A stretch of 32,000 bases of DNA from the NCBI RefSeq assembly GCF_000172995.2, contig NC_014729.1, positions 1,680,001-1,712,000 of the forward strand, read 5' to 3'. The notes under the pieces are model-generated. The model was given only the letters and a program-made list of their open reading frames with translations. It was not told the origin of the DNA and ran no database searches. The stretch is from Halogeometricum borinquense DSM 11551 (lineage in GTDB: Archaea > Halobacteriota > Halobacteria > Halobacteriales > Haloferacaceae). The translations under genes and the position numbers were made by a program. Positions 1-8,585 of the stretch are shown piece after piece (position 1 is the stretch's first letter; each line of letters opens with the position of its first letter).

Positions 1-580
1 GCGTAACGTTACCCGGACTCGCCTCGAAGTTCGTGAACAGAACGCCCTTTGTCCCGTCCTCGTTTGTCGGAACGAACTGGTTCATGTCCGGCGTGTAGCC
101 GAAATCGGAGTACCGAGTGCCGTCGAACTGCGAGATATTGACTCCGTCTGGCGTCGTCGGAATCCCGAGGTCTTCGTCGTCTCCGATGTTGTCGCCCTCC
201 TGTGCGAGGAGGACGTACTCGCCGTTGCCGACGCGAACTTTCGACTGCTTTTCTTTCGTGTTCGGAATACCAATCTCCTGTACGTCGTCGTCGTCCCCGA
301 ATGAGAATCCCTTCACGTAGCCGATTCCGCCGGTGTTGAACGGTGCCGGATTCTGTCTGCTCGGATGTTGGAGACTGAAGATGAGAGTGCCGCTTTGCGT
401 GACGAACGGCCCGGTCACCTCGGCACCGAACGCCGTCGTCGCAAACCGCGTCAGTTCGCCCTTCACCATCGGTGCGTGCGGCGTGTCGCCGTCTTCCGCC
501 GCCGCCGTTCCAGCAACGCTTGCCCCGAGTGCCGCAGCCACTGATGTCGCCATCAGTTTCCGTCGAGTGAATTCGACCAT
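1..580 (-). CDS. Tat-signal secreted protein, C-terminus cut by the window edge; resembles N-termini of haloarchaeal DUF839/PhoX-like phosphatases (family call tentative)
   Basis: Absent from the ORF track because it has no in-window stop. My own minus-strand translation from ATG (complement of 578-580) reads MVEFTRRKLMATSVAAALGASVAGTAAAAEDGDTPHAPMVKGELTRFATTAFGAEVTGPFVTQSGTLIFSLQHPSRQNPAPFNTGGIGYVKGF... and stays open to position 1. It has a twin-arginine motif, a hydrophobic stretch and an Ala-rich cleavage region, with acidic composition. The overlapping track ORF 9..671 is Arg-rich wrong-frame noise. Confidence 0.65.
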   Translation of the reverse strand, partial: MVEFTRRKLMATSVAAALGASVAGTAAAEDGDTPHAPMVKGELTRFATTAFGAEVTGPFVTQSGTLIFSLQHPSRQNPAPFNTGGIGYVKGFSFGDDDDVQEIGIPNTKEKQSKVRVGNGEYVLLAQEGDNIGDDEDLGIPTTPDGVNISQFDGTRYSDFGYTPDMNQFVPTNEDGTKGVLFTNFEASPGNVT

Positions 581-603
581 ACGGGGCGACAGACGACAGG
601 ACT

Positions 604-622
604 GTTAAAATAATTTTATAAT
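604..622 (-). promoter_or_regulatory. AT-rich TATA-like box upstream of the Tat-signal gene
   Basis: Minus strand reads TTATAAAATTATTTTAA about 25-40 nt upstream of the ATG at 580. It lies in an AT-rich intergenic block (600-720). Confidence 0.35.
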
Positions 623-832
623 GCTTTGACGTAAATAGTGTGTGAAAACAGTACTCTATAGTGCTAAACATAGATTAATTTCTCAAAATATGCGGTATTG
701 ATTTAGATATGTCTATACCTATGTGTCCCCAAATGGGTGGATGCGTTCGACCTCTCTCACAGCCGACTGGTCTCTCTTACGGCCGCTGGGTCTCTCTCGC
801 AGTCGCTCCGACGCCGTTACGCGGAGGCGATG

Positions 833-1288
833 TCACTCCAGCCCAGCATCACGCGCACCGGCACGAATTTCCGTTCCGCGCTGACGAACCCACTCTACGT
901 ACGTCTCGATTCGCTCCCGTTTCACGCCGAAGAACGACGCGACCCAGTCCGTGTCGATGCCGGGGCGGGTGAGAAAGTAGGCCGCGAGCGTGTCTCGACC
1001 AGCTTGAATGATCTCAGGTGGCACGCCTCGGTCCCCTGTTCCGGCTTCGTCGAATCCGTTCACATCGAAGTACACGTCAGCGTACAACTCTGCGAGTTCC
1101 GGGTCCTCGAACACTGCTCCGACGTGGTGCGGAGCCTCGAACCGGTATCTCGTCTCAGCGTCCCCGTCACGTACTGCTACGATTCGGACATCAAGAAGAT
1201 ACTCTCTGTGTACCGTTTCGCTCGCTTTTTCTGTCGAATCGGCGTCGCTGGATTGGGATTCGTCTGTTTGGGACATGCGTTGTGGCAC
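833..1288 (-). CDS. Conserved-looking acidic hypothetical protein (possible C-terminal HTH-like region)
   Basis: 151-aa ORF with halophile-type acidic composition (e.g. DESQSSDADSTE, FEDPELAELYADVYFDVNGFDEAG). Competing plus-strand ORFs here are Arg/Ser-rich. I recognise no family. Confidence 0.6.
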   Translation of the reverse strand: MPQRMSQTDESQSSDADSTEKASETVHREYLLDVRIVAVRDGDAETRYRFEAPHHVGAVFEDPELAELYADVYFDVNGFDEAGTGDRGVPPEIIQAGRDTLAAYFLTRPGIDTDWVASFFGVKRERIETYVEWVRQRGTEIRAGARDAGLE

Positions 1289-1538
1289 TCCGCAGTCTCA
1301 CGGACGTTCGGCGTACGGAGAGCGTCCGTGACACAGCATAGATGACACCGTCACCCGGTTCGGTGATAAAACTGACTCTAGTATGACATATTTTTGGCCA
1401 CTGTGTCCTATATAGACGCTCTGTACACACTGGCAAAGGGAATACTGGTGAGCGAGGTCTCTCTCCGTCCGACAGTTCGTGTCTTACTGGCAGAAAATAT
1501 CCGGTCCGTCGTCGTGACGGCGCAGTCGAGAGCGGACT

Positions 1539-1973
1539 TCACGCTTCTTCGTGGGACCGGACGGTGAGGACGGGGACATCCGAACTGCGAACGATTTTCT
1601 CAGTGACGCTCCCGAGGAGGTACCGGTCCAGTCCGCTCCGGCCGTGCGTTCCCATCACGACGAGATCACAGTCATTCTCCTCGGTGTAATTGAGGATATC
1701 TCTGTGTGCCGTTCCGTTCTGAACGCTCGTCGTTACCTCGACACCCGCGTCGTCGGCGGCCGACACCACTTGCTCGACGGCCTTTTCACCTTCCCCTCTG
1801 AGTGCTTCAGCGACGATGTTCGATCCCGCCTCCAGCGAGGAGTACGTCCCCGAATCGACGACGTAGAGCGCGTGGATGGTCGCGTCGTACTGTTTTGCGA
1901 TGTCGATTGCGTGTTTGATGGCTCCCTGGCTCGCTTTGCTCCCGTCTGTCGGCACAAGTATTCGTTCGTACAT
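1539..1973 (-). CDS. Universal stress protein (UspA family)
   Basis: MYERILVPTDGS...AIDIAKQYDATIHALYVVD...DLVVMGTHGRSGLDRYLLGSVTEKIVRSSDVPVLTV. This is the canonical Usp fold signature, including the G-2x-G-9x-G(S/T) ATP-binding motif. Confidence 0.92.
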   Translation of the reverse strand: MYERILVPTDGSKASQGAIKHAIDIAKQYDATIHALYVVDSGTYSSLEAGSNIVAEALRGEGEKAVEQVVSAADDAGVEVTTSVQNGTAHRDILNYTEENDCDLVVMGTHGRSGLDRYLLGSVTEKIVRSSDVPVLTVRSHEEA

Positions 1974-2021
1974 ACCAACTGCTACGGGCGGCAGCGATTA
2001 GAAACTGTTCACGAACCGAGG

Positions 2022-2315
2022 CTACTCGTCGTCGCTAACAGATTCGCCGCGGAAGGCGAGGATTGCCTCCTCACACGTCTGCAGACCGTCGATTCGCTCG
2101 TTATCCGACAGTGACACTGTCTCGACGACGCTCCACCCACCACCGTCCTCGTCGAAGACGAGGCCCTTCACCCACGAGTCGGTGGCCACGATGACGCCGC
2201 TTGCGTCTCCCTCCTCTTCGATAGGACTTGCAAGTTCGAGGGCGTCCGACCGATTCAGATCCATGAGTTCCTTCGCAGACAACGGCCGCGGTGGCAGCGA
2301 TTCCACGATTGTCAT
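2022..2315 (-). CDS. Small acidic hypothetical protein
   Basis: 97-aa ORF, strongly acidic, lying 48 nt downstream (same strand) of the Usp gene's neighbour position. No recognisable motif. Confidence 0.5.
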   Translation of the reverse strand: MTIVESLPPRPLSAKELMDLNRSDALELASPIEEEGDASGVIVATDSWVKGLVFDEDGGGWSVVETVSLSDNERIDGLQTCEEAILAFRGESVSDDE

Positions 2316-2437
2316 GTCGGGTCGTCGGCCGTCGCGGTGCTTGTGCCTTCCGAACCGCCTCGGTTCGTCTCGATGACAGCGTCGTGTGCAGGGACGCGAC
2401 CAAAAAGCTTCTACCCGATTACGCGGGAGTCTTTCTC

Positions 2438-4138
2438 ATGTCATCCGGAGATGCGTCAGACGACGCCTCGGTGGGGGTTTTCGGTCTCGAATTCCGGACC
2501 GACCGCGTGACCCTCGCCGTCGTCGCGCTCGCCGCTCTCGCCCTCCTCGCTCGTCTCGTTGGTCTCGGTAGCCGCCCGTTCCACTGGGATGAGGCCCGCG
2601 TCGGCTACTGGGCACTCCGCTATCTGGAGACTGGTGCGTTCGAGTACCGCCTAATCGCAGGCGGCCCCCTCCTCTACCACCTCGACAGACTCGTTTTCGC
2701 CGTCCTCGGCGTCTCCGACATGACGGCCCGCCTCCCTGTCGCCGTTCTCGGCGCGGCGCTTCCGCTTTGCGCTCTCCTCTTCCGGGACAGATTCGACGAC
2801 GCTGAGTCGCTCGTCTTCGCCGCTTTCCTCGCGTTCAACCCGCTTTTCGTCTACTACTCGCGATTCCTTCGCGGCGACGTACCGCTCGCGTTCTTCGCCC
2901 TCGCGTTCGCCGGATTCACGCTGCGCGCCTACGACCGGCGGAGCAGACGCGACGCCTACGCCGGCAGTATCGCGCTGGCGCTCGCTTTTGCCTCTTCGGG
3001 ATTCGCTGCCGCCTACGTACTGTGTGGGGTGGTCGTCGTCATCCTCCTCGTCGATCAACCGAGTGCCGTGGTCGATGGCGGAACGTCTGCGCGCCGACTC
3101 ATCGATTCAGTGCGGTCCCGCATCGCCGGACGAACGGTTCCTGCCGCCCGAGCGTTCCTGTTGTTCCTCGGAACGACGATACTCTGCTTTGCCCCGCGCG
3201 CCGGGCCACACGTCGATGTCGGCCTCACGAAACCTACGACGTGGCATCTCGTCCTCTACGAGGCCACCGTCGGCGCGCTCTGGTCGTTCTTCGGCGTCCG
3301 CGTCGCCCACCGCTGGCCGCACTGGACGCACGAACTGTTCCCGTACGTCGGTGACCTTGCCGGAACACTCGCTACTGCTGGGCTCCCGATAGTTGTCGCC
3401 GCCGTCGCCGTCTTTGGTTGGAACCGCTACGTCTCCTCGGAGCGCCGACCGCTACTCGATGCGTTCGCTTACTGGAGCGCTGCCGCGTTCGCCATCTTCC
3501 CCGTGGCGACGGAGGTGTCTGCGCCGTGGGTGGCAATTCACGTCGTCTTGCCGCTCTCGCCGCTCGCCGCCGTCGGCGGCGCGGCCCTTCTCCGACGCGC
3601 CGTCTCGCTTGCGGGCGGCGATGAACGCGACGCAACCACCGTCGCCGCCGTCATTCTCCTGCTTCTCGCCGTCGTTGCACAGGCTGGTGCCGTCACTGCC
3701 ACGGACGTGTACGGGCCCTCGGACCGGACGAACGAACTCGCGCAGTTTGCCCAACCCAGCGACGACATGACTGCTCTCGTTGAGAACGCGACTGCAATCG
3801 CGGACGACGACCCGACGACACCCGAAGTGCTGTACGTCGGGTCGAAGTACGCTACTGCGTGGGACCCCGGCAATGAGTTCCCGCCGGTCGTAGAGAGTTG
3901 GGGTAACAGGCTTCCGCTCCCGTGGTACTTCGAGCGCGCCGACGCCGACACCGTGAGTACGAAGAATCTGACGACGTTCGATGAACGCGCGGCCAACGAG
4001 TCTACGCCGCCGATAGTCGTGTCCGAACCCGGTTTGTCCGGCGGCGTCGGCGACAGACTCGGAGACGCGTACGGATCGAAGACGTACCACCTCGGCCTGT
4101 GGGACCGCGAGGTAGTCGTTTTCGTCCGGCAGGTGTGA
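2438..4138 (+). CDS. Polytopic membrane protein of the TIGR03663 / GT-C (PMT-like) type, Agl23-like
   Basis: Track ORF 2291..4138. I place the start at the in-frame ATG 2438 (MSSGDASDD...), because the upstream extension is Arg/Cys-rich. It has many TM segments. The N-terminal block RPFHWDEARVGYWALRYLETGAFEYRLIAGGPLLYH...TARLPVAVLG...YYSRFLRGD matches my memory of the archaeal TIGR03663 family, which is annotated as flippase activity-associated Agl23 in haloarchaea. Confidence 0.75.
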   Translation: MSSGDASDDASVGVFGLEFRTDRVTLAVVALAALALLARLVGLGSRPFHWDEARVGYWALRYLETGAFEYRLIAGGPLLYHLDRLVFAVLGVSDMTARLPVAVLGAALPLCALLFRDRFDDAESLVFAAFLAFNPLFVYYSRFLRGDVPLAFFALAFAGFTLRAYDRRSRRDAYAGSIALALAFASSGFAAAYVLCGVVVVILLVDQPSAVVDGGTSARRLIDSVRSRIAGRTVPAARAFLLFLGTTILCFAPRAGPHVDVGLTKPTTWHLVLYEATVGALWSFFGVRVAHRWPHWTHELFPYVGDLAGTLATAGLPIVVAAVAVFGWNRYVSSERRPLLDAFAYWSAAAFAIFPVATEVSAPWVAIHVVLPLSPLAAVGGAALLRRAVSLAGGDERDATTVAAVILLLLAVVAQAGAVTATDVYGPSDRTNELAQFAQPSDDMTALVENATAIADDDPTTPEVLYVGSKYATAWDPGNEFPPVVESWGNRLPLPWYFERADADTVSTKNLTTFDERAANESTPPIVVSEPGLSGGVGDRLGDAYGSKTYHLGLWDREVVVFVRQV

Positions 4139-4261
4139 CTCCTCACAAGATACCAGTCCATCGAATTCAACAGATTATCCCCATCCACATCAAATTCGAA
4201 CTGGAGGATCTCTATCTCCGATTCTGCCTAACAGTCCTGTTCTTACTGATTCTAGACTCTG

Positions 4262-4702
4262 CTATCTGTTGTTTTCTCTGTCGAACTCTTTCACCTCTGC
4301 TTGTTCAATCGAAACAGTCTCTAGTAGATCAAGGGCCTCTCTGGAGATAATTAAACGATTATTGTCTGAGATACCAAAATCGTCTTGTCCCGCATCTCCG
4401 ACAATCTGCATCCAGTAGAACTCGGGGAGTTCCATGTTTGGATGTAGTTCCTCGAACTGAGGCGATTTCGAGATCGTTACGTCGTCAATTTCATATCCTG
4501 ATAGGTCGCTTGACGAGAGAGTATTCTTCAACTCCTCACTGATTACGAAATTAGATACTGTAGTCAGGAGGTCATCACCTAACCAGCCGTGAAACTCGTA
4601 ATGGAGTTTCGTTACGTCTGGTGGGTGAACAGATCGGTCCATCTCGGTTTTTTCGCCAAACTGTCCAGCAACTTCGGGTTCGATGGTATAATACTCGGTC
4701 AT
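4262..4702 (-). CDS. Candidate immunity protein of the adjacent toxin (Imm11/DUF1629-like impression, unverified)
   Basis: 146-aa acidic ORF. Its ATG (4700-4702) lies 4 nt after the TGA (4707-4709) of the upstream toxin ORF on the same strand. It is AT-richer than the backbone (my hand count for 4441-4500 is 27/60 G+C). Confidence 0.7.
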   Translation of the reverse strand: MTEYYTIEPEVAGQFGEKTEMDRSVHPPDVTKLHYEFHGWLGDDLLTTVSNFVISEELKNTLSSSDLSGYEIDDVTISKSPQFEELHPNMELPEFYWMQIVGDAGQDDFGISDNNRLIISREALDLLETVSIEQAEVKEFDRENNR

Positions 4703-4706
4703 AGAT

Positions 4707-5963
4707 TCAGTCCCTCACAGAGGGTTCGAACATATCTCCATATTTATCGTCGATCTCGGTCGCTTTGTCTAGTAGTTGTTGTTTATCTGGACTTTTGTGT
4801 TTCAAATAAAAGTCATCCCATTCTTTCCTGATCTGGCTCAGGTGTATCTCTGCGTTCAGTTCTTTGGGGATGCCCCGTAAGTTCTCCAGCGAGTGCATCT
4901 CGGAGTCAGTTACCAACTCGGGCCACAGTTGCTGTACCTGTTGTTCTACCGCGTGGTGGATTACTACCTCTCCCTCAAGCCATGGATAAGCTTCGAAGAA
5001 ATTTGTTCGATAGTCGTTTGAGCTGGCTGTTCCGAATGTGGCACTCTGGTTTTTTATTGGATGTGGTGGATGATCCCTATCACTATCTGTGAAGCGTTCT
5101 AGACTACTTTGCTTATCGGGTATACGCTGGACATGTACGCTGGCTTTCCCCATCCGGAAGATACCGAGTTTCCCACCTCGCATCACGCGGTTTGCAGTCT
5201 CCTCAGCTTCGCGTTCCAGACGCTCGTCGGGATCGATTTCGATTTCGCCCGTCTGCGGAAGCATCGATACCGCGCCACCAGTTTGTTGGCGCACGTGCGC
5301 TAACTCGTGGGCGAGAATATGCTGGCCTTCCGCCGAACTCGGATCGTATTCGCCGTGGTTGAACGCGATGTGATTGCCGACAGTAAAGGCACGAGCGTTG
5401 ATGTCTTCACAGGCTTTCGCGGCCGATGGACCCGTGTGAATACGCACGTCACCGAGGGTGTCGCCCATCCGATCTTCCATCGCGCGCTGAATCGAGCTAT
5501 CGAGTTGCTTTCCGGGCGAGGAAATCACGTCCCGAACCGAATCAGGGACGTTCGCGTCACCAGCCTTTGACGCCTCATGATGCGCGCCACGACTGCGCTG
5601 GACAGATTTAGCGTTCCGTCGTTCGACATCCTTTGGGACTTCGGCAGGACGCTGTTTTTGCCGTTCACGGAACGCACGCATGTCTCGGGGTTTACCCATC
5701 GTATCGACGGTCATGCCTTCGTCGGCCCACTGCCGAACTTGATCTGCGCCGTGTTTCTTGGCCAGTCGCTGAATCTTCGTCTCCAGCCCGTCCATGTAGA
5801 TCTCTACCCCGAAGCGAGATTCACACTCTCGGGGCGTCAGCGAACCCCCACCGCCACCACGACTCCGATTCCGATTCGAGCCTCCCGTCAGCTCTTGAAT
5901 AGACGGAACGGACGAGGAATCTTTGCTCGGAGGCGTCCGCTCGTTCGCAGACCGAAATCCCAT
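4707..5963 (-). CDS. Polymorphic-toxin-like protein: DUF4157 (HExxH Zn-metallopeptidase-like) domain plus a C-terminal HNH/colicin-DNase-like domain
   Basis: Track ORF 4707..6026 begins with TTG. I prefer ATG 5963 ([10 protein letters not shown]...), which has the box AATTATATT (complement of 5990-5998) about 31 nt upstream. ATG 5987 is an alternative. The DUF4157 signature is [61 protein letters not shown] (about 5277-5534). The C-terminal [10 protein letters not shown]...(22 aa)...[19 protein letters not shown] (about 4797-4994) parallels the colicin E9-type HH...N(I/L)R..xPK....H beta-beta-alpha-Me motif. Confidence 0.85.
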   Translation of the reverse strand: MGFRSANERTPPSKDSSSVPSIQELTGGSNRNRSRGGGGGSLTPRECESRFGVEIYMDGLETKIQRLAKKHGADQVRQWADEGMTVDTMGKPRDMRAFRERQKQRPAEVPKDVERRNAKSVQRSRGAHHEASKAGDANVPDSVRDVISSPGKQLDSSIQRAMEDRMGDTLGDVRIHTGPSAAKACEDINARAFTVGNHIAFNHGEYDPSSAEGQHILAHELAHVRQQTGGAVSMLPQTGEIEIDPDERLEREAEETANRVMRGGKLGIFRMGKASVHVQRIPDKQSSLERFTDSDRDHPPHPIKNQSATFGTASSNDYRTNFFEAYPWLEGEVVIHHAVEQQVQQLWPELVTDSEMHSLENLRGIPKELNAEIHLSQIRKEWDDFYLKHKSPDKQQLLDKATEIDDKYGDMFEPSVRD

Positions 5964-6135
5964 TCGTACCGCGAACTTGATAGCCATCCAATATAATTGC
6001 TCGCTCCTTGATTGCAGCAGGCGCAATTTTGGAGATCATGTCAGAGCCCGCCCCGCACAGAACTAGCGATTCTCCGGAATCAGCGTTTGTAGAATCAAAG
6101 CTGATGTCAAGCCCTGCGAAACAATTCAGATATTC

Positions 6136-6158
6136 TCACTCTGAAACAGTCAGAGTGA
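6136..6158. other. Perfect 9-bp stem / 5-nt loop hairpin between tfb and the toxin gene
   Basis: TCACTCTGA-aacag-TCAGAGTGA read directly from the sequence. It lies in the 320-nt AT-rich spacer downstream of the tfb stop and upstream of the toxin gene start, both on the minus strand. Function (terminator or insulator) is inferred only. Confidence 0.4.
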
Positions 6159-6347
6159 TTCTAGGAATTCGAGTCTTCTTCAGACAGTTAATCTGAACAG
6201 TGCCATCTGGTTCTTCTGGGACTCGTGAGCATCGTAATCTGATTGTCTATACTAAGAGGACTGGCGATAACGGGGCTGTTCTTCGGTTTCTTGGACGTAA
6301 AGAACCGTTCTGATCGAGATACTGGGAGAAATCCCGTCGAACTGAAC

Positions 6348-7301
6348 CTAGCGGAAGCCCATCGCTTCGATCTGTTCTTGGTAGCGGTTCCGGATGGTGA
6401 CTTCCGTCACCTGCGCCACGTCGGCGACTTCGCGCTGGGTCTTCTTCTCGTTGCAGAGGAGCGAGGCAGCGTAGATAGCGGCGGCCGCAAAGCCGGTGGG
6501 CGACTTGCCGGATAGAAGGCCTTGTTCTGCGGACACGTCGATGATTTCGGTTGCTTTCGCCTGTACCTCCTCGGAGAGGCCGAGGGCCGAGGCAAAGCGC
6601 GGGACGAACTGCTTGGGATCGACGGGCTTCAGTTCGAGACCAAGTTCTTGGGAGATATAGCGGTACGTCCGACCGATTTCCTTCTGCGGGACGCGAGAGA
6701 CTTCAGCGACTTCGTCGAGTGAGCGCGGGATTCCTTCCTGTCGGCAGGCGGCATAGAGCGCGGATGTGGCGACACCCTCGATAGACCGACCGCGGATGAG
6801 GTCTTCGTTGAGCGCACGGCGGTAGATGACCGATGCGACCTCGCGGACGGAGCGCGGGACACCGAGCGCAGAGGCCATGCGGTCGATTTCGGAGAGCGCA
6901 AACTGGAGGTTACGCTCGCCGGCGTCCTTCGTTCGGATGCGCTCTTGCCACTTGCGGAGGCGGTGCATCTGCGAACGTTTCTCAGAGGAAAGCGAACGAC
7001 CGTAGGCGTCTTTGTCCTTCCAGTCGATTGTCGTCGTCAGACCGCGGTCGTGCATCGTCTCGGTGATCGGTGCGCCGACGCGGGACTTCGACTGCCGTTC
7101 AGAGTGGTTGAACGCACGCCACTCTGGACCGCGGTCTATCTGGCGCTCGTCTAAGACCAAGCCGCAGTCATCACAAACCAATTCGCCTTGGTCGGCGTCC
7201 GTGATGATATTGGTGGACTCACACTCCGGGCACGCGATGCGTTCGTCGGAATCCTGCTCCACTTCCTGCTCTCGCTGACGCTGGCGGCTCGGACGTTCCA
7301 T
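6348..7301 (-). CDS. tfb: Transcription initiation factor IIB (TFB)
   Basis: Start moved to ATG 7301 (MERPSRQRQ...). It has an N-terminal Zn ribbon ([26 protein letters not shown]), a B-reader/linker, and two cyclin-like repeats ([20 protein letters not shown]...; ...[18 protein letters not shown]...[20 protein letters not shown]). Confidence 0.96.
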   Translation of the reverse strand: MERPSRQRQREQEVEQDSDERIACPECESTNIITDADQGELVCDDCGLVLDERQIDRGPEWRAFNHSERQSKSRVGAPITETMHDRGLTTTIDWKDKDAYGRSLSSEKRSQMHRLRKWQERIRTKDAGERNLQFALSEIDRMASALGVPRSVREVASVIYRRALNEDLIRGRSIEGVATSALYAACRQEGIPRSLDEVAEVSRVPQKEIGRTYRYISQELGLELKPVDPKQFVPRFASALGLSEEVQAKATEIIDVSAEQGLLSGKSPTGFAAAAIYAASLLCNEKKTQREVADVAQVTEVTIRNRYQEQIEAMGFR

Positions 7302-7324
7302 TATAAGGTTTGTGGTGGAGCGCG

Positions 7325-7331
7325 TATTTAA
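7325..7331 (-). promoter_or_regulatory. TATA box of tfb (leaderless-type spacing)
   Basis: Minus strand reads TTAAATA centred about 27 nt upstream of the ATG at 7301. Confidence 0.5.
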
Positions 7332-7431
7332 CTCTTTGTGAAAAACCATCAAATTTGTTATGGTTTTTCCAGGTGGTATTGCCCGGTCATCAGCCGATCC
7401 AATTATCCCATTATCGGTCGAAATGGGGGGT

Positions 7432-8379
7432 ATGCGCACTGGAATTGCTCTTCTCTCTATTGCCCTTCTGGTTACGTCTGGTTGTCTCGGATTTGCACCA
7501 TCCGTGTCAGACGCGGGCGCGACGCCACAGGATGTCTCGAATCAGGACGGGCCGAGTGTTCGTGTTACCGTGACAGAAGTCGTGGACGGCGATACGATGA
7601 AAGTGAAATACACGAACGGGTCGCGTGATACTGTCCGTCTGTTAGGTGTCGATACGCCCGAAGTGTACGGTTCGAACACACCGGACGAGTTCGAGGGCGT
7701 GCCCGACACTGAAGCGGGAGCAGCGTGTCTTGAAACCGCCGGGGAAAACGCCTCAGCGTACGCAAAAGCGCGTCTCTCGGGCCAAGAAGTGAGTCTCGTA
7801 TTCGACGAAACAGCCGACAGGCGGGGCTACTACGGTCGCCTTCTCGGGTACGTCTACGTCGATGGCCAGTCGTTCAACTACGACCTGATCGAGACTGGTC
7901 ACGCTCGTGTGTATGATAGTACCTTTACCGAACGTGAACGGTACCAGACGGCTGAGAAAGACGCCCGTACAGCGGGCCGCGGTCTCTGGTCGTGCGCCGA
8001 GTCGGAGTCCGGCGGGACGATGACTTCTGACGGCGACAACGACGGCAACACCACCATCGAAATCGTTCGTGTCCACCCGGATGCTGACGGCAACGACAAC
8101 GAGAATCCAAACGGCGAGTACGTCGTCTTCCGGAACGAGGGCGAGCAGGTGATTGACCTCTCAGGATGGTCCGTCGCGGACGCTGCGGACAACGAGTATA
8201 CGTTCCCGTCCGGAACGACGCTCGAACCCGATGCAGAACTCACACTCAAGAGTGGAACAGGAACCGACCGGGAGGGAACAGTGTACTGGGGACGTAACTC
8301 GGCGGTGTGGAACAACGGTGGTGACACGATCACGCTCCGAGATGCCGATGGCACTGTCGTCCGCGAACGTCGCTACTAA
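7432..8379 (+). CDS. Secreted lipoprotein: thermonuclease (SNase/micrococcal nuclease) domain plus C-terminal lamin-tail domain (LTD)
   Basis: Start moved to ATG 7432 ([20 protein letters not shown], a signal peptide with a lipobox Cys). SNase motifs are VVDGDTMKV...[10 protein letters not shown]...[28 protein letters not shown]. The LTD is [65 protein letters not shown]...[18 protein letters not shown]. Confidence 0.9.
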   Translation: MRTGIALLSIALLVTSGCLGFAPSVSDAGATPQDVSNQDGPSVRVTVTEVVDGDTMKVKYTNGSRDTVRLLGVDTPEVYGSNTPDEFEGVPDTEAGAACLETAGENASAYAKARLSGQEVSLVFDETADRRGYYGRLLGYVYVDGQSFNYDLIETGHARVYDSTFTERERYQTAEKDARTAGRGLWSCAESESGGTMTSDGDNDGNTTIEIVRVHPDADGNDNENPNGEYVVFRNEGEQVIDLSGWSVADAADNEYTFPSGTTLEPDAELTLKSGTGTDREGTVYWGRNSAVWNNGGDTITLRDADGTVVRERRY

Positions 8380-8585
8380 CGAACTCGAAGGGGGGAAGGA
8401 TGGGGGGAATGGGGTGACGCAGAGCGTGTAACCCCGTGCAGGGCTAGCGTATGGAACCGCTTGAGTCTCTAGGACCGTTCACCGATAGCGCATAACTGAC
8501 CGCAGTCGGTCGATAATTCTGCGATAATATTACTATTGAGCATTCAACAAAGCTTTTGTATGATTGGTGGATATGTGATAGCAAC

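Noticed and set aside
9-671. 220-aa minus-strand track ORF at the left edge
   Set aside because: It is extremely Arg/Gly-rich (RRRR runs), typical of an off-frame read through GC-rich coding DNA. The Tat-signal protein in another minus-strand frame (1..580) explains the region.
2291-2437. Upstream extensions of real genes as given by the track: 2291 for the Agl23-like gene, 7302-7439 for tfb, 7360-7431 for the nuclease, 23831-24289 for the HTH regulator, 31191-31364 for pyrI, and 5964-6026 for the toxin.
   Set aside because: The extensions are Arg/Cys-rich or use TTG/GTG. They overlap neighbouring genes or promoters and precede an ATG/GTG that gives a family-typical N-terminus with a TATA box at about -25 to -32.
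6008-6196. 62-aa plus-strand ORF in the tfb-toxin spacer (and 4099..4350 plus-strand, 83 aa)
   Set aside because: Both are short with no motif. The first overlaps the hairpin and the toxin promoter region. The second overlaps the immunity gene's 3' end. There is no supporting signal.
4196-6344. 8-bp direct repeat TCGAACTG at 4196-4203 and 6337-6344, considered as att-like target duplication flanking the toxin islet
   Set aside because: It is only 8 bp and I found it by eye after searching for any match. No integrase or tRNA is nearby, so chance occurrence cannot be excluded.
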